Below are positions 1 through 9,025 of a stretch of 36,178 bases of DNA, piece after piece; positions within the stretch are counted from its first letter, which is position 1, and every line of letters starts with the position of its first letter. The notes below the pieces were generated by a model, which did no database searches, was not told the DNA's origin, and was given only the letters and a program-made list of their open reading frames with translations. The stretch lies in NCBI GenBank assembly GCA_022843285.1, contig JALHNY010000004.1, positions 3,107 to 39,284 on the forward strand, in the 5' to 3' direction. Position numbers and translations under genes: made by a program. Source of the stretch: Minisyncoccota bacterium. Lineage in GTDB: Bacteria > Patescibacteriota > Minisyncoccia > UBA6257 > 2-01-FULL-56-20.

Positions 1-2
1 AG

Positions 3-1790
3 GAGAGCCACGACACGATCGCCTCGCAGGTGCGCCGCATGGGCGCGTCCGTGGACTGGACCCGCGAGGCGTACACCCTGGACGCCAAGCGCAACGCCGC
101 GGTGGTGGAGATGTTCACGCGCATGCACCGGGACGGCCTCATCTACCGCGGCAGCCGCATCGTGAACTGGGACCCGAAGCTGCAGACCACCGTGAGCGAC
201 GAGGAGGTGGACTGGAGAGAGGAGAAGGCGCCCCTGTACTACTTCCAGTACGGCCCCTTCGAGATTGCCACCGCGCGCCCCGAGACCAAGTTCGGCGACA
301 AGTACGTGGTGGTGCACCCCGACGATCCCCGCTACGCGCAGTACCAGCACGGGCAGACCTTCGACCTCGAGTGGATCAACGGCCCGGTGACCGCGACGCT
401 CATCAAGGACGACGTCATCGACATGGAGTTCGGCACGGGCGCCATGACCATCACGCCGTGGCACGACGCCACGGACTTCGAGATTGCGGAGCGGCACCAC
501 CTGGACAAGGAGCAGGTCATCGACGAGTTCGGCAAGATGCTCCCCATTGCCGGCGAGTTCGAGGGCATGAAGATCGCGGCAGCTCGCGAGGCCGTGGTGA
601 AGCGCCTCCGCAAGAAGGGCCTCGTCACCCGCACGGACGAGGACTACGTGCACCGAACCGCCATCAACAGCAGGGGCGGCGGCAAGATTGAGCCGCAGAT
701 TAAGGAGCAGTGGTTCGTCGCCGTGCACGAGCCGTTCAAGCTCATGCGCAGCTCCATAGACGGCATCCCCGCCGGCACCGAGACCACCCTCGCCGCGCTC
801 ATGAAGCACGTGGTGGAGAGCAAGCTCGTGACCATCACGCCGGAGCGCTTCGAGAAAACCTACTTCCACTGGATCAACAACCTCCGGGACTGGTGCATCA
901 GCCGCCAGATTTGGTACGGGCACCGCATTCCCGCCTGGTACCGCGGGAGCGAGACGCACGTCGGCTCGGAACCCGAGGGAGACGGCTGGATCCAAGACCC
1001 GGACACGCTCGACACGTGGTTCTCGTCCGGCATGTGGACCTTCTCCACGCTCGGCTGGCCCGAGGACACGGAGGACCTGCGCGCGTACCACCCCACGTCC
1101 GTCCTCGAGACCGGGTACGACATCCTCTTCTTCTGGGTGGCGCGCATGATCCTCATGAGCACGTACGCGCTCGGCGAGGTCCCCTTCCGCAACGTCTACC
1201 TGCACGGGCTCGTGCTAGATGCCAAGGGGCAGAAGATGAGCAAGTCCAAGAACAACGGCATCGACCCGGTGGAGATGATCGAGAAGTACGGTGCGGACGC
1301 CGTGCGCATGTCACTCATTGCCGGGGTTGGCCCCGGCGGCGACATGCGCATCTCGGAGGACAAGATTCGCGGGTACCGCAACTTCACCACGAAGCTCTGG
1401 AACCTGGGGCGGTTCGTGCACGCCGCAAAGCCCGAAGGTTTCGAGTCTGCCGAGGTCTCCCTCACCGAGGCAGACCAGGCGACCGTTGCCGAGGCTCACC
1501 AGGCGAAGGCTGACGTGGCTCGCCACATCGAGCGCTTCGAGCTGCACCTCGCGGCGGAGCGCGCGTACCAGTACGCGTGGCACACCTTCGCGGACAAGGT
1601 CGTGGAAGAGGCCAAGCCCAGGCTGCGCGGCGAGGACGCTGCGGAAGCTGCAGCCGCGTACGCGGTGCTCGAGGAGATCCTCGAGACCTGCATGGCGATG
1701 CTGCACCCGTTCATGCCGTACGTGACCGAAGCCGTGCACCAGAACGTCCGCGACGGCGGCTGGCTCGCGGTCAGGCGCTGGGACCACTGA
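3..1790 (+). CDS. valS: Valine--tRNA ligase, 5'-truncated by the window edge; lacks the C-terminal coiled-coil arm
   Basis: Frame is open from position 3. Motifs GASVDW, ATARPET, DMEFGTGA, DWCISRQIWYGHRIP, DPDTLDTWFSS, TGYDILFFWVARM, KMSKS and LHPFMPYVTE. Confidence 0.98.
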   Translation, partial: ESHDTIASQVRRMGASVDWTREAYTLDAKRNAAVVEMFTRMHRDGLIYRGSRIVNWDPKLQTTVSDEEVDWREEKAPLYYFQYGPFEIATARPETKFGDKYVVVHPDDPRYAQYQHGQTFDLEWINGPVTATLIKDDVIDMEFGTGAMTITPWHDATDFEIAERHHLDKEQVIDEFGKMLPIAGEFEGMKIAAAREAVVKRLRKKGLVTRTDEDYVHRTAINSRGGGKIEPQIKEQWFVAVHEPFKLMRSSIDGIPAGTETTLAALMKHVVESKLVTITPERFEKTYFHWINNLRDWCISRQIWYGHRIPAWYRGSETHVGSEPEGDGWIQDPDTLDTWFSSGMWTFSTLGWPEDTEDLRAYHPTSVLETGYDILFFWVARMILMSTYALGEVPFRNVYLHGLVLDAKGQKMSKSKNNGIDPVEMIEKYGADAVRMSLIAGVGPGGDMRISEDKIRGYRNFTTKLWNLGRFVHAAKPEGFESAEVSLTEADQATVAEAHQAKADVARHIERFELHLAAERAYQYAWHTFADKVVEEAKPRLRGEDAAEAAAAYAVLEEILETCMAMLHPFMPYVTEAVHQNVRDGGWLAVRRWDH

Positions 1791-2485
1791 TGCTAGTTCT
1801 CTCCCTGCTCATCGGGCTCCTGCCGGGACTCACCTGGCTGTGGTTCTACCGCCACGAGGACGCGACCCCCGAGCCGGCCTCTGCCGTCATCCGCACGTTC
1901 ATTGCCGGAGCCGCCGCGGCGTTCGCCGCGCTGGGCGTGCAGCTGGTCATGCGCGGGCAGGTCTACGGGGACAACGTCGGCCTCAACGCGAGCAACTACG
2001 CGTACGCCTTCGCGTTCGTCGAGGAGCTCATGAAGTTCGTCGCCGCCTACGTCGCCGTCCGCTTCACGAAAGCCTTCGACGAGCCGGTGGACGCCATCCT
2101 GTACCCCATCATCGCGGCGCTGGGCTTCGCGAGCGTGGAGAACATCGCCGTGGCGTACACCATGATCGCGGGCGGCTCCATTGGCGGAGCGTTCGAGGTC
2201 ATCACCCTGCGCTTCGTGGGCGCCACGCTCGTGCACAGCGTAGCCTCGGGCACCCTCGGGTACTTCTGGGGGCGCTACCTGCTCCGCGCGAAGCGCGGGT
2301 ACGGTGCCGCAATCGGCCTCCTCGCAGCTACCGCGTTGCACGGCACGTTCAACATTCTTATACTTTCATTCGGTAACACCACTTACACCTTCGCGTTTCT
2401 CACCGGCGCCATCCTCCTAGTCCTGTTCGACTTCAGAGAGCTGCGCAGCGAAGAGGAGGCAATCACCAAGCCACGCGCTACCTAA
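1790..2485 (+). CDS. prsW: PrsW-family intramembrane glutamic protease
   Basis: ATG overlaps the valS stop (TGATG). Multi-TM protein with EELMK, GFASVEN and two conserved His (LVHS, ALHG). The track's start at 1577 is over-extended. Confidence 0.9.
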   Translation: MLVLSLLIGLLPGLTWLWFYRHEDATPEPASAVIRTFIAGAAAAFAALGVQLVMRGQVYGDNVGLNASNYAYAFAFVEELMKFVAAYVAVRFTKAFDEPVDAILYPIIAALGFASVENIAVAYTMIAGGSIGGAFEVITLRFVGATLVHSVASGTLGYFWGRYLLRAKRGYGAAIGLLAATALHGTFNILILSFGNTTYTFAFLTGAILLVLFDFRELRSEEEAITKPRAT

Positions 2486-2489
2486 CACA

Positions 2490-3014
2490 GTGTCAGACAC
2501 CCCCCACCGCTACACCCTCGGAGAGTCCGGCTACCCGGACGATCCCCACTTCCGCGAGCCCTCCTTCTTCGCGGAGCTCGCCCGCGCGAGCGCAGCTGCA
2601 CCCGTAGCGAGCATTCCGGTGGCGCGCGTCGAGGAACCCGAGGAGGTGGATGAGGAAGGAGAGGCCGATGACGGCCCGGACGGGCAGCTCGCCATCGACG
2701 TCTACCAGACCCCGACGGACATCATCATCCGCGCGCCCATCGCCGGCGTCGCCAAGCCCGAGGACATCGAGATCCACATCGCCCACGACGTGGTGACCAT
2801 CCGGGGCGAGCGCAAGCCGGACACGAAGGTGGCCCAGAACGACTACCTGTACCAGGAGTGCTACTGGGGCAAGTTCTCCCGGAGCGTGGTCCTCCCCCAG
2901 GAGGTGGACGCCGAGGCGGCGGTTGCAAATTTCTCGCGCAACGGTATTCTCTCCCTACGACTGCCCAAGCTCGTGCGCGAGCGGGCGCGCAAGATTTCTG
3001 TACGGTTCAGTTAA
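2490..3014 (+). CDS. Hsp20/alpha-crystallin small heat-shock protein with acidic N-terminus
   Basis: GQLAIDVYQT, APIAGV, TIRGER, YQECYWGKFSRSVVLP, NGILSLRLPK. Confidence 0.93.
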   Translation: MSDTPHRYTLGESGYPDDPHFREPSFFAELARASAAAPVASIPVARVEEPEEVDEEGEADDGPDGQLAIDVYQTPTDIIIRAPIAGVAKPEDIEIHIAHDVVTIRGERKPDTKVAQNDYLYQECYWGKFSRSVVLPQEVDAEAAVANFSRNGILSLRLPKLVRERARKISVRFS

Positions 3015-3057
3015 ATCAGGCGCGTTTCAGGGCTCTCACCCCCTAACTACTACTCCT

Positions 3058-3243
3058 ATGCGCCAGTGCATGCTCTGCCTCAAAGGCTCAATCATCCGCG
3101 GTAAGCGGCGCCTCCTGCGCGGCCACTACAACCCGGTGTCCCAGGCCCGCAAGTACCCGAACCTCCAGAAGACCTCCTTCGCGGGGATGAAACTGACGGC
3201 TTGCACCAAGTGCATCCGCACCATCGCAAAAGCGGGCCGCTAG
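3058..3243 (+). CDS. rpmB: 50S ribosomal protein L28 (CxxC...CxxC form)
   Basis: MRQCMLCLKG...RGHYNP...RKYPNLQ...ACTKCIRT; ATG at 3058 after a C/A-rich leader. Confidence 0.88.
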   Translation: MRQCMLCLKGSIIRGKRRLLRGHYNPVSQARKYPNLQKTSFAGMKLTACTKCIRTIAKAGR

Positions 3244-3259
3244 GCCCCCTTTTGCAAAA

Positions 3260-3330
3260 CGGGCTGTAGTATACCGGTAGTACACATGGCTGGGGGTCAT
3301 GTAGACCGGGTTCGATCCCCGGCAGCCCGA
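3260..3330 (+). tRNA. tRNA-Pro(GGG), CCA not encoded
   Basis: Acceptor stem CGGGCTG/CAGCCCG; anticodon arm CATGG-CTGGGGG-TCATG; T arm CCGGG-TTCGATC-CCCGG. Confidence 0.95.
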
Positions 3331-3355
3331 CACTGATTTGGTTTGGGTTTACCAA

Positions 3356-3389
3356 AAAGGAGGGGCCACCGTACGGTGGCCCCTCCTTT
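3356..3389. terminator. Perfect 34-bp palindrome, probable bidirectional intrinsic terminator
   Basis: AAAGGAGGGGCCACCGT|ACGGTGGCCCCTCCTTT with flanking A/T runs, just downstream of tRNA-Pro. Confidence 0.8.
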
Positions 3390-3501
3390 GCCTCGCAGAG
3401 ATTACCCGGCAGAGCGCCAGGTGGGTGAACGCAGCGTACGACCCACGGGTCGGAGCGATTTGTTCTCCCCTTCAATAAGAAGTCGGAAATCTCTGCGAGG
3501 C
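3390..3501. ncRNA. Candidate structured ncRNA (or MITE-like element) closed by a perfect 14-bp terminal stem
   Basis: GCCTCGCAGAGATT (3390-3403) pairs with AATCTCTGCGAGGC (3488-3501); internal GTGGGT/ACCCAC hairpin; minus-strand TGg-TAGTTT lies 6 nt upstream. Confidence 0.45.
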
Positions 3502-3536
3502 TTTCTCAAACTACCACGCGTGCTAGAATCGTGTCC

Positions 3537-4847
3537 ATGCAGCTGCGCACCCGCCGGATTCTTTTCTGGTCTCTCATTCCCTGCTTCGTCATCGGTGGCA
3601 CGGGCATGGTCCTGTACTCCCAGGGGTACCGCGTGGACGTCTCGGCCCAGGAGGTCACCAAGGTGGGTGCCCTCTACGTCCGGGGGTACCCGCGCGACGC
3701 GACGATCACCCTCGACGACCAGCGCCTCGACACGGGGTCGTGGTGGCCGCTCCAGAGCGGAACGCTCATCGGGAGCCTCGTGCCGGGCACGTACCGCCTC
3801 CACGCCGAAGCCCCCGGGTACGAGACCTGGGACGCGGACGTCGTCATCAGGGCGACGCTCGTCACGGAGCGCAAGTCGCTCACCCTCTTCCCCTCGGAGG
3901 CTACGCCGTCTGAGGAGGCAGGCGCCGACGTCACGGGCATCGATGCGCCCGACTCCCTCTCCGAGGTTGTCCTGACCGCCCCTGACACCGCCTACGCCGA
4001 AGGCGGCTCCGTCTTCGGCAAGTACGTCGGCACCTCCCGCGGCCGGATCATCACGATCAGCAGCGAGGTGCGCCGCGGCGTGCGGACGCCCATACTCAGG
4101 AGCCAGGTTCCCGGCAGCGCCTCGGCCACCACCGTCGCAGCCCCGGGCACGCTCATCGGGCTCCAGGAGGACACGGTGCTCATTCAGGAGAAGCAGACCC
4201 TCGTCGCCGGCTACGATGCCACCACCGCTGCGCGAACCGTGGTGGCATCTTCCACGGACGGCTCCAAGATTGCGCACGTTGTCCGCACGGGCTCCTACGA
4301 CGTCTGGGCTGAGGGCGAGGACGGCGACGTGCTCGCCGTACGTGGCCGGGGCAGCCAGCAGGCTCCCCGCCTCACCACGCTCCCCGCAGAGATCGTCTCC
4401 ATCCAGGCATCCGGCTCAGAGCTGGGCATCCTGGATGCCAGCGGCAGCCTCTGGCTCGTGGCTCCCCAAAGTGGCGCCACGCGCGAGGTGGGACACCGCG
4501 CGGGCTGGGCAACTTGGAACCCGGACGGCTCGTCCGTGCTCGCCCACATCGACGGCAACCTCGAGGTCATCCCCCTCAAGGAGGGCATCGTGCACGGCGT
4601 CCTGGATGGCGTGTTCACCGGCGAGCCCTCCCAGCTTGGCAAGGTGCGCTGGTACCCGGACGACGAGCACTTCTTCATCGAGATTGGAGAGGATCTCCTG
4701 TTCGTGGACATCGTGAACGGCCAGGCGAGCGAGCAGCACGTGTACCGAATGCCGCTCCCCAAGGCGTGGGCGTTCGATGCTAGCGAGAGAATCCTCTGGG
4801 TGCTCGACGCGGACCAGCAGGTCTCCTCGTACGAGTTCCCAGACTAG
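3537..4847 (+). CDS. Membrane-anchored PEGA-domain protein with a probable beta-propeller C-terminus
   Basis: N-terminal TM followed by YSQGYR; PEGA-like GALYVRGYPRDATITLD...LVPGTYRLHAEAPGYETW; WNPDG and WYPDD repeats; TGc-TAGAAT 7 nt before ATG 3537. Confidence 0.75.
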   Translation: MQLRTRRILFWSLIPCFVIGGTGMVLYSQGYRVDVSAQEVTKVGALYVRGYPRDATITLDDQRLDTGSWWPLQSGTLIGSLVPGTYRLHAEAPGYETWDADVVIRATLVTERKSLTLFPSEATPSEEAGADVTGIDAPDSLSEVVLTAPDTAYAEGGSVFGKYVGTSRGRIITISSEVRRGVRTPILRSQVPGSASATTVAAPGTLIGLQEDTVLIQEKQTLVAGYDATTAARTVVASSTDGSKIAHVVRTGSYDVWAEGEDGDVLAVRGRGSQQAPRLTTLPAEIVSIQASGSELGILDASGSLWLVAPQSGATREVGHRAGWATWNPDGSSVLAHIDGNLEVIPLKEGIVHGVLDGVFTGEPSQLGKVRWYPDDEHFFIEIGEDLLFVDIVNGQASEQHVYRMPLPKAWAFDASERILWVLDADQQVSSYEFPD

Positions 4848-4885
4848 AAAGAAGCCCCGGGATCTGATGACCTCGGGGCTTCTTT
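4848..4885. terminator. Bidirectional intrinsic terminator between convergent genes
   Basis: AAAGAAGCCCCG / CGGGGCTTCTTT inverted repeat. Confidence 0.85.
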
Positions 4886-4907
4886 CGCGCCAATCTCCTT
4901 GGGGCAC

Positions 4908-5378
4908 TTAACGCGCTTCCCTGCCCCGCGTCAACAGCCACGCTCCGGCTACCAGGACGCCTCCCACGAGGTCGTTGAAGAGATCCAGCAGGGTGTCCCA
5001 GCGCGCGTTGAAAGGCGCGAACCCGAAAGCCCCGGGAACGTCTCCCAGCGGCACTCCCCCGGAGAGTATGAGATACGTGTCCCCAACGGCCTCCCAGAGC
5101 TCCCAGAGGACGCCCACGAGCGCCACAGCGCCGATTACCCCGCACACCTTGAGCCACGCCGGCAGGGTGCGGACGGGAGCCAGGCGCTCCCCGAAGGCGA
5201 GCGCAGCCCACGCCACCCAGATGCCTCCCCCGACGTGCATCGGGATGTCCACCCACGGGTGCAGGATGTACGCGCCCGTGAGGTTCAGCGCTACGTGCAG
5301 AATGGAAAAACCCACCGAGTATGCTGCGAGCAGCACCGGTGGGTTCTCCTTTTGCGCTGCGCCTAGCGCTTGCTCCAC
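4908..5378 (-). CDS. Conserved-looking hypothetical membrane protein; start uncertain, overlaps the rpsI end
   Basis: Four hydrophobic segments with WVDIPMHVGGG, WELWE and DTLLDLFNDLVG motifs. Confidence 0.7.
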   Translation of the reverse strand: MEQALGAAQKENPPVLLAAYSVGFSILHVALNLTGAYILHPWVDIPMHVGGGIWVAWAALAFGERLAPVRTLPAWLKVCGVIGAVALVGVLWELWEAVGDTYLILSGGVPLGDVPGAFGFAPFNARWDTLLDLFNDLVGGVLVAGAWLLTRGREAR

Positions 5379-5764
5379 TGCGGAGACTTGCGAGCCTTCT
5401 TGAGGCCGTACTTCTTGCGCTCCACGGCGCGAGAGTCGCGGGTCAGGAAGCCGAGGCTGCGCATCTGCCCCTTGTAGCCCTCCTCCTGGGAGACGATGGC
5501 GCGGGCGAGGCCGTGGCGGATTGCCTCTGCCTGGCCGTTGATGCCACCGCCGACCACCTTTGCCGAGACCGACATGGACTCGATGCCGAGCTTGCGCATC
5601 GGGGCGGTGACGTAGTCGCGGAGGCGAGAGATCGAGAAGTACTCGTCGAGCTTCTTGCCGTTGACGGTGACGTCACCCTTGCCCGCGGAGATGCGGACGC
5701 GTGCGACGGACTCCTTGCGGCGACCGATGCCCTCTACGTACCTGGTTGCTGCTGCTTTAGTCAT
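5363..5764 (-). CDS. rpsI: 30S ribosomal protein S9
   Basis: GRRKESVARV, GGGINGQAEAIRHGLARA, LTRDSRAVERKKYGLKKARKSPQWSKR. Confidence 0.98.
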   Translation of the reverse strand: MTKAAATRYVEGIGRRKESVARVRISAGKGDVTVNGKKLDEYFSISRLRDYVTAPMRKLGIESMSVSAKVVGGGINGQAEAIRHGLARAIVSQEEGYKGQMRSLGFLTRDSRAVERKKYGLKKARKSPQWSKR

Positions 5765-6104
5765 TGTTCGTGAATACGATGCGGTTCATGCGACGTGCGT
5801 TGAGGAAGTTTTTGGGGAGCATGCGGCGGATGGCCTCGCGGACGACCTTCTCGGGGCTGCGCGCGAACTGCTCCGCGTAGGTGCGCTCCTTGAGGTGGCC
5901 CATGTAGCCGGTGTGGCGGTAGTAGACCTTCGTCGTCTCCTTGCTGCCGCCGACCTCAACCTTGTCCGCGTTCTCGATGATCACGCGATCCTCGGTGACG
6001 CGGTTCGGCTGGAAGTCGGGCTTGTGCTTGCCCTGGAGAATGATCGCAGCCTCCGTCGCGAGACGGCCGAGGCGCTTTCCTTTGGCATCAATCTTGTAGT
6101 CCAT
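5757..6104 (-). CDS. rplM: 50S ribosomal protein L13 (short form)
   Basis: IDAKGKRLGRLAT, QGKHKP, YYRHTGYMGHLK, AIRRMLPKN. Confidence 0.97.
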   Translation of the reverse strand: MDYKIDAKGKRLGRLATEAAIILQGKHKPDFQPNRVTEDRVIIENADKVEVGGSKETTKVYYRHTGYMGHLKERTYAEQFARSPEKVVREAIRRMLPKNFLNARRMNRIVFTNND

Positions 6105-6106
6105 GG

Positions 6107-6460
6107 TTATACGAATTCGATGATTGCACGGGGTGCGCCGTCACGCTTCCTGGCTCCCATGAGCTTCTGGATGCGGAGGTACCCGCCCGGGCGACCCTCG
6201 TAGCGGGGTGCGATGTCTTCGACGAGGCGGCGCGCCGTCTCGGCGTTTGCGAGGCGCGAGATCACGATGCGACGGCTCGCCAGGTCTCCCCTGCGGGCAA
6301 TGGTCACGAGGCGCTCCACCATGGGGCGGATGGCCTTGGCGCGGGTCTCGGTGGTCTCAATCCTGCCAGCCCTGATGAGGTTGCTCGCCAAGCCACGGAA
6401 GAAAGCCACGCGCTGACCTTTCAGGCGGTGGAACTTTCGGCCGACTCGACGATGCTGCAT
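6107..6460 (-). CDS. rplQ: 50S ribosomal protein L17
   Basis: GRIETTETRAKAIR, RYEGRPGGYLRI, RKRDGA. Confidence 0.97.
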   Translation of the reverse strand: MQHRRVGRKFHRLKGQRVAFFRGLASNLIRAGRIETTETRAKAIRPMVERLVTIARRGDLASRRIVISRLANAETARRLVEDIAPRYEGRPGGYLRIQKLMGARKRDGAPRAIIEFV

Positions 6461-6471
6461 GGGGGTAGAGG

Positions 6472-7176
6472 TTACTCGGAGATTTCAGATTTGGCTAGGA
6501 TCTTCTCGAAGTGGTCGCGGAGCACGGCTGCGGCGTGCACGACCGCTGCGGACGGGGTCACGGTGCCGTCGGTGACGACGTCCAGGAGGACGCGGTTGAA
6601 GTCCGTGCGCTTTCCGACGCGCATGTCCTCCACCGTGACGTTCACGGAGACGACCGGGGTGAAAATCGCGTCGATGCCGATGGCGCCAATCGGGAGCTTC
6701 TCCATCTGGCGAGCCTCGGACGGGACGTAGCCCATGCCGCGCTCAACGGTGATTTCCACCGTGAGGTCCGCAGACTTCGTGGTGAGGGTGCCGAGCACCA
6801 TGTCGGGGTTCGCGAGCTCGACCTGACTGTTGAGCTTGATGTCCTTGCCGGTGACCTCACCCTCCCCCTTCTTGTGGAGCGTGATTACCTGCGGCTCGTC
6901 GCCGTGGACGCTGAAGCGAAGCTTCTTGAAGTTGAGCGAGAACTCGACGAGGTCTTCCTTGAGACCCGGCAGCGTTGAGAACTCGTGGGTGGCGTTTTTT
7001 ACCTTGATCTGCGTGACGGCGGAGCCGGGCAGCGAGGTGAGCAGCACGCGGCGGAGCGCGGTGCCAATGGTGAGGCCGTACCCTGCCTCGAGGCCCTCGA
7101 TGGCAAAGCTGCCCTCGGCGCCCTTCTCTGAGAGGGTCTTGAGCGTGACGTGATCGCTGATGTGTGAGATGTCCAT
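6472..7176 (-). CDS. rpoA: RNA polymerase alpha subunit, N-terminal domain only (234 aa)
   Basis: GYGLTIGTALRRVLLTSLPG, HEFSTLPGLKED, GMGYVP, IDAIFTPV, RVGKRTDF; sits between rpsD and rplQ. Confidence 0.97.
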   Translation of the reverse strand: MDISHISDHVTLKTLSEKGAEGSFAIEGLEAGYGLTIGTALRRVLLTSLPGSAVTQIKVKNATHEFSTLPGLKEDLVEFSLNFKKLRFSVHGDEPQVITLHKKGEGEVTGKDIKLNSQVELANPDMVLGTLTTKSADLTVEITVERGMGYVPSEARQMEKLPIGAIGIDAIFTPVVSVNVTVEDMRVGKRTDFNRVLLDVVTDGTVTPSAAVVHAAAVLRDHFEKILAKSEISE

Positions 7177-7193
7177 GGTGGTAATAAAAGATG

Positions 7194-7811
7194 CTACTTG
7201 GAGAATGACTCGACGAGGAGCGGAATCTGGAACGGGACTTCCACGTCGCGCGGAAGGCTCGTGACCTGCGCAGAAAGTGTAGCAGGGTTCAGCTGCAGCC
7301 AGTACGGGGTCTCGTACTTCTCCAGGTTCTGCTTGATCTCGCGGAACGGCGCGCGGTCCTTCGAGGTCGGGTAGACGCTGATGACGTCACCCACCTTCAC
7401 CTGGAAGCCGACGGAGCGGGTGCGCTTGCCGTTCACCGCGATGTGGCCGTCGAGGACGAGCTTGTGCGAGACGGAGCGGCCCGGCGCGAAACCGGCGCGA
7501 AACACGACGTTATCCAGGCGGCGCTCGAGGAGCTCCACGACGGCGCGGCTCACGTCACCGGTCGCCTTGGAGGCTGCGCGGATGATGACGCGGAGGTTCT
7601 GCTCGCTGATGCGGTAGCTGAGCTTCACCTTCTGCTTCTCCATGAGCTGGAGGCCGTAGTCCGAGACGTTGCGGCGGCGGCGGCTGTTTCCGTGCTGGCC
7701 GGGCTTGGTCGGGCGGCGGTGCAGGGCGGACTTGGGTCCCACGGAGCGCTCAGCCTTGAGCTGGAGCGACTCGCCGAGGGCGCGTTCCTTCTTTTGCTTG
7801 GGTCCCATCAT
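7194..7811 (-). CDS. rpsD: 30S ribosomal protein S4
   Basis: PGQHG, SDYGLQLMEKQKVK, LERRLDNVVFRAGFA, GHIAVNGK. Confidence 0.97.
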   Translation of the reverse strand: MMGPKQKKERALGESLQLKAERSVGPKSALHRRPTKPGQHGNSRRRRNVSDYGLQLMEKQKVKLSYRISEQNLRVIIRAASKATGDVSRAVVELLERRLDNVVFRAGFAPGRSVSHKLVLDGHIAVNGKRTRSVGFQVKVGDVISVYPTSKDRAPFREIKQNLEKYETPYWLQLNPATLSAQVTSLPRDVEVPFQIPLLVESFSK

Positions 7812-7851
7812 GAGTGCAGTGGAGAGTAACAGGTGAAATGTGGCGCCACAA

Positions 7852-8280
7852 CTACACGCGGCGAACCTTTTTGGCCTTCGGGCCGTTGTGCGGAACCGGG
7901 GTCACGTCCTTGAATCCGATGACGTTGAAGCCCTGGGCCACGAAGGAGCGGAGCGCGGAATCACGTCCCCCGCCCACACCCTTCACGAAGATCTCGAGGT
8001 CCGTGATCTTCTTCTGCTTGAGCTTCTCGGTGAGGGTCGCGACCACCTTGGAGGAGGCGAACGGGGTCGCCTTCTTGGGGCCATTGAAACCCATGGAGCC
8101 GGCGGTCGCCCAGGCAATCACGCCGCCCTTGAGGTCAGTCACGGTCACGACGGTGTTGTTGTAGGAGGCGTTCACGTAGACACGCGCGGCGCCACCCTTC
8201 TTCGGGGCGCGCTGAACCTGGGCTGCCTGTGCCTCCTCGACGCCCTCGTCTACCACGGTGGTGTTCTTCTCTTCAGTCAT
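7852..8280 (-). CDS. rpsK: 30S ribosomal protein S11
   Basis: ASYNNTVVTVTD, KKATPFA, KGVGGGRDSALR, DVTPVPHNG. Confidence 0.98.
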   Translation of the reverse strand: MTEEKNTTVVDEGVEEAQAAQVQRAPKKGGAARVYVNASYNNTVVTVTDLKGGVIAWATAGSMGFNGPKKATPFASSKVVATLTEKLKQKKITDLEIFVKGVGGGRDSALRSFVAQGFNVIGFKDVTPVPHNGPKAKKVRRV

Positions 8281-8660
8281 TACTTGAGTGCTACTTTGCG
8301 CTTACCGGATCCGGCGGTCTTCCTGACGTTGCCACGGACGGTGCGCGAGTTGGTCTTCGTGCGCTGTCCGCGGGTCGGGAGGCGGCGGCTGTGGCGGCTG
8401 CCACGGTGCGTGCCGAGATCCTTGAGGCGCTGAATGTTGGAGCGGACGTACTGGCGGAGCTCACCCTCGACGCGCACGGACTCGAGGCTGTTCTGAATCT
8501 TCGTGATGTCGTCCGTGGAAAGCTCACGCGCGCGCTTCTTCGGGTCAATCTTCGTGCTCTCGACGATGCGTGCGGCCGTTACCGGGCCGATGCCGTACAC
8601 GTAAGTGAGCGCGATGGTCACGCGCTTTTCATCCGGGATGTTGACTCCGAGGAGACGCAT
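8280..8660 (-). CDS. rpsM: 30S ribosomal protein S13
   Basis: GVNIPDEKRVTIALTYVYGIG, VEGELR, LPTRGQRTKTNSRT. Confidence 0.98.
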   Translation of the reverse strand: MRLLGVNIPDEKRVTIALTYVYGIGPVTAARIVESTKIDPKKRARELSTDDITKIQNSLESVRVEGELRQYVRSNIQRLKDLGTHRGSRHSRRLPTRGQRTKTNSRTVRGNVRKTAGSGKRKVALK

Positions 8661-8685
8661 TGGTGTGTGAGGTGTTTAGAGTGGG

Positions 8686-8802
8686 TTAGCCCTGACGCTG
8701 CTTGTGCTTCGGGTTCTTCTTGCAGATGACAAAAAGCTTGCCACTGCGCTTAACCACCTGGCAGGCATTGCAAATCTTCTTGATGGAACTACGTACCTTC
8801 AT
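8686..8802 (-). CDS. rpmJ: 50S ribosomal protein L36 (38 aa, absent from the ORF track)
   Basis: Hand translation: [38 protein letters not shown]. Confidence 0.97.
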   Translation of the reverse strand: MKVRSSIKKICNACQVVKRSGKLFVICKKNPKHKQRQG

Positions 8803-8815
8803 TGGTGTGTGGTGG

Positions 8816-9025
8816 TTATAGTCGCCGGACGATGCGTCCGAGCTTGCGGTCTGGTGCCAGCTCAACCGTCACCCTGTCCCCGGCGAGGACGCGGATGCGG
8901 TTTATTTTCATTCTGCCGGCAATGTGCCCGATCACGGGGTGGGGTAACCCCGAGACCTCAATCCGAAACTTTAGGCCTGGCAGAGCTTCCCTGACGATGC
9001 CTTCTACGGAGAGGGGCGAGGTCAT
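8816..9025 (-). CDS. infA: Translation initiation factor IF-1
   Basis: [40 protein letters not shown]. Confidence 0.96.
   Translation of the reverse strand: MTSPLSVEGIVREALPGLKFRIEVSGLPHPVIGHIAGRMKINRIRVLAGDRVTVELAPDRKLGRIVRRL

Noticed and set aside
3415-3435. CCAGG...GCAGC resembling SRP RNA helix 8
   Set aside because: The three base pairs around a GNRA loop and the AGCAG spacing do not fit. There is also no CCGAAC to support 5S rRNA.
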